64,000 bases of DNA from NCBI GenBank assembly GCA_963739725.1, contig CAVUBS010000018.1, positions 366 to 64,365 of the forward strand, read 5' to 3'. Of the stretch, positions 61,319-64,000 are shown in pieces. How positions within the stretch are numbered: the first letter of the stretch is position 1; every line of letters starts with the position of its first letter. Under the pieces are notes generated by a model, which saw only the letters and a list, made by a program, of their open reading frames with translations, had not been told where the DNA came from and made no database searches. The DNA comes from an uncultured Alphaproteobacteria bacterium. Lineage in GTDB: Bacteria; Pseudomonadota; Alphaproteobacteria; Acetobacterales; Acetobacteraceae. Made by a program: the position numbers and the translations under genes.

Positions 61319-64000
61319 TGCGGCGTGCGGCGAAATGGATCGGCTGGACACTTTCCACCCTTGTCGGGCTGCCGATCCTGTTGATCCTGGTCGTGCTGAT
61401 CGGCGCCAACACCGGAGCCGGACGGCACGCCATCGAACGCCTCACGCCGAAGCTGACCGGCGATACGGTCCGGCTCGCGGGCATCTCCGGGCGGTTCCCC
61501 GATGGGCTGCGCATCGCCCGGGTCGCGTTGCGCGACCCGCAGGGCGACTACGCCACAATCGAGGATTTTGCGCTCGACTGGTCGCCCTCCCAGTTGCTGC
61601 ACCGGCAGATCGTGGTCGATCGCCTGGCCGCCGCGCGCGTCGATGTGGCGAGGCAGCCCGCCGGTTCCTCATCCGGCGGCAGCTACAGCCTGCCCGCCCC
61701 GGTCGTCCTGCGCGAATTGCGGATCGACAGGGTGGACATCGCCGCCCCCGTCGCCGGGACCCCGGTCTCGGTCGCACTGGATGGATCGGGCGCGCTGCAG
61801 ACGCTGACGCAGGGGCGGGTGGCGCTGAACATCCGTCAACTCGACGGCGCGGGCAGCTACACGCTGGACGGCGCGATGGACGCGGGCGGTCTTCATGCCA
61901 CGCTGAAGGCGACCGAGCCCGCGCATGGCATGGTGGCCGGCATCGCCGGCCTCCCCGATCTCGGCGCGATCGATCTCGCCGCAAAGCTGGACGGGCCGCA
62001 GGACGCGGTCGCGACGCATGTCACCGTGTCCGCCGGCCCGCTGCATGCCGCCGCCGATGGAACGCTCGACCTGGAGCACGCGGCGGCCGACATCACCCTG
62101 TCGGCCAGCGCGCCGGCGATGCGGCCGCGTCCGGACATCGGGTGGCAGGCGGTGACACTCGATGCGCACGTGAAGGGACCGTTCGCGCAGCCGGATGCGA
62201 CCGGGCGCCTGCACATCGACGCGCTTGCGGCTGCCGGCATCACCGTCGCCAGCATCACGGCCAGCGTGTCCGGCAATGCCGGGCAGGTCCATCTCGATGG
62301 CGAGGTGCTTGGCCTGCACGTCCCTGCCCCGAACCCCGACCTGTTCGCCGGCGATCCGATCATCGTGCAGCGCCGATGCAAGGTTGGACGCGCCGGATCG
62401 CCCGGTGCACGTGGCGCTGCGCCACAAGCTGGTCGAGGTTGAAGGCGATGCACGGACCGCGGGGGCGCTTGGTCTCGACGCGACGGTGAAGCTGGCCGAG
62501 CTGGCACCGTTCGCGGCACTGTCGGGGCTCGCCCTGCAAGGCGGCCTGAACCTTGGGCTGCACGCATCGGTCGCGAGCGACGTCACCACGATCGGCGTGG
62601 ACGGGACCGTGGGTGTGACCGGTGGAATGCAGCAGATCCAGGATCTTATCGGCGACAATGGGCATCTCGCCTTGGCCGCGACGCTGCGCGGCCGGGACCT
62701 GACGCTGTCACGCCTGCAATTCGACGGGCGGTCGCTCACCGCATCGGCCAGCGGGGCCGTCGCGCAGGACCGGGTCGATCTGACATGGACGCTCGGTGTG
62801 AGCGATCTCGCCGCGGCGGACCCGACGCTCGGCGGCCAGCTTCAGGCGAACGGGCACGCCGGCGGGACGACCGGACAATCTCGATCTGATTGCCGACCTG
62901 ACCGGCGGCATCGCGGTGCGGGGCATGTCGTCGGGCACGCTTGACCTCGCACATGGAGGTGCATGGCCTGCCGCACAACGCCGACGCGCGCATCACCGCG
63001 CAGGGCTCGCTGCTGGATGCGCCGATCGACCTTGCCGTTGCGCTGCGGCAGCAGGCCGATGGGCTGTCGGTCGACATCGAGCGGGCGGACTGGAAGAGCG
63101 CGCACGCCGAGGGGGCCATGAGCCTGCCGACCGCGACGATGGTTCCGGCGGGGCATCTGAAGATGGCGATGGGCCGGCTCGACGAGCTGGCGCCGCTGCT
63201 CGGCCAGCCGATCAGCGGCAGCGTCACCGCCGATCTGGATGCCTCGCCTGCCAAGGCGCGCCTGACGGTCGACGTGCAGGGCGCCGCGCTGCCCGGCACT
63301 GCATCGGCGTCGCGCATCGCCCTCACCGCCGATGTCGATCAGCCGGAGTCGAATCCGGTGGTGGATGCGCGGCTCGAGGCGGACGGCATCAAGGCCAAAC
63401 AGGTCGGCGGATCGATGCGCCTGCTGGTCAACGGCCCGGTCGATGCGCTGGCGGCGAAACTGTCCGCCACGTTGCCCGATCTGTCGGGCGCCGCCGCACG
63501 GCTCGATGCCGCGGCGGTGCTGAACGCGAAGTCGCGCGTGCTCAGTGTGTCGACGCTGCAGGCCGACTGGCATCAGCAGAGCCTGCGTCTGCTGGCGCCG
63601 GCGCGCCTCGACTTTGCCGAGGGGGTGGCCGTCGACCGGCTGCGACTCGGGCTGCGCCAGGCAGTGCTGGAGGTGTCCGGACGCGTCGGAACGGCACTCG
63701 ATCTGACTGTGTCATTGCGCAACCTGCCCGCCGACCTGCGCGGCCGCATTCGCGCCGGATTACGCCGTCGACGGCACGCTGCAGGCGGATGCCCGCATCA
63801 CCGGCACCACCGCGCAGCCGACCGGCACCGTCAAGCTGACCGCCACCGGCCTGCGCGCCCGCAGCGGTCCGGGGCGCGGCATACCACCGGCGAACATCAC
63901 CGCCGATGCCACGCTGAAGGGGACCGAGGCGCAGGTCGATGCCCAGCTGCGCGCCGGTTCGTCGCAGGTCAGGCTGGCCGGGCGGGTGCCGATGTCGAGC
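61318..64000 (+). pseudogene. tamB: Translocation and assembly module protein TamB (DUF490 family), 5' about 890 codons, frame broken four times, continues past the right edge
   Basis: The ATG at 61318 overlaps the tamA stop (TGATG). There is an N-terminal anchor WIGWTLSTLVGLPILLILVVLIGA, then a long beta-rich sequence read through frames 1>2>0>1>2. Breaks are near 62370, 62872, 62942 and 63740. Confidence 0.82.

Overview
High-GC (by eye about 68-70% G+C), densely coding chromosomal segment that looks alphaproteobacterial and is dominated by housekeeping and catabolic genes. In order:
- partial nnrS, a 2-hydroxyacid dehydrogenase, an LLM oxidoreductase, RNase R, an S41 protease, rpmG, a PleD-type diguanylate cyclase, a DMT transporter, a Nu-class GST and a class-V aminotransferase
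- a 1202-aa RTX-type calcium-binding repeat protein
- an FAD/Fe-S oxidoreductase > DUF924 > NHL-repeat gene string
- a GMC oxidoreductase divergent from a heterotetrameric sarcosine oxidase operon (soxBDAG), followed by a same-strand run of SDR, YdhR-like, alpha/beta hydrolase, acyl-CoA synthetase and dodecin genes
- an MFS transporter, two VOC (extradiol-dioxygenase-like) genes, a GFA gene, a C26 amidotransferase, an rluB-like gene and rsmD
- a TRAP transporter, mutL, a second GST, a split TPP decarboxylase, an MdtA/MdtB-type RND pump and zwf
- a MetE-like gene, the miaB-phoH-ybeY-corC cluster, plsC and tamA-tamB

I see no rRNA, tRNA, CRISPR, transposase, integrase, phage module or recognisable defence or toxin system.

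The unusual signals are at the DNA level:
1. About 28 single-base reading-frame breaks in 16 otherwise well-conserved genes (manual reading). All but one have +1 sign, and six are in mutL.
2. Short tandem repeats (12-17 bp, 2-5 copies) sit at gene boundaries, mostly in spacers between co-directional genes. Two arrays share the core AGTGGGACA in the same orientation relative to transcription.
3. Several families of intergenic palindromic (REP/MITE-like) elements.

I found no convincing novel multi-gene system. A two-gene hypothetical cassette at 32.8-33.5 kb is the only completely uncharacterised coding unit.
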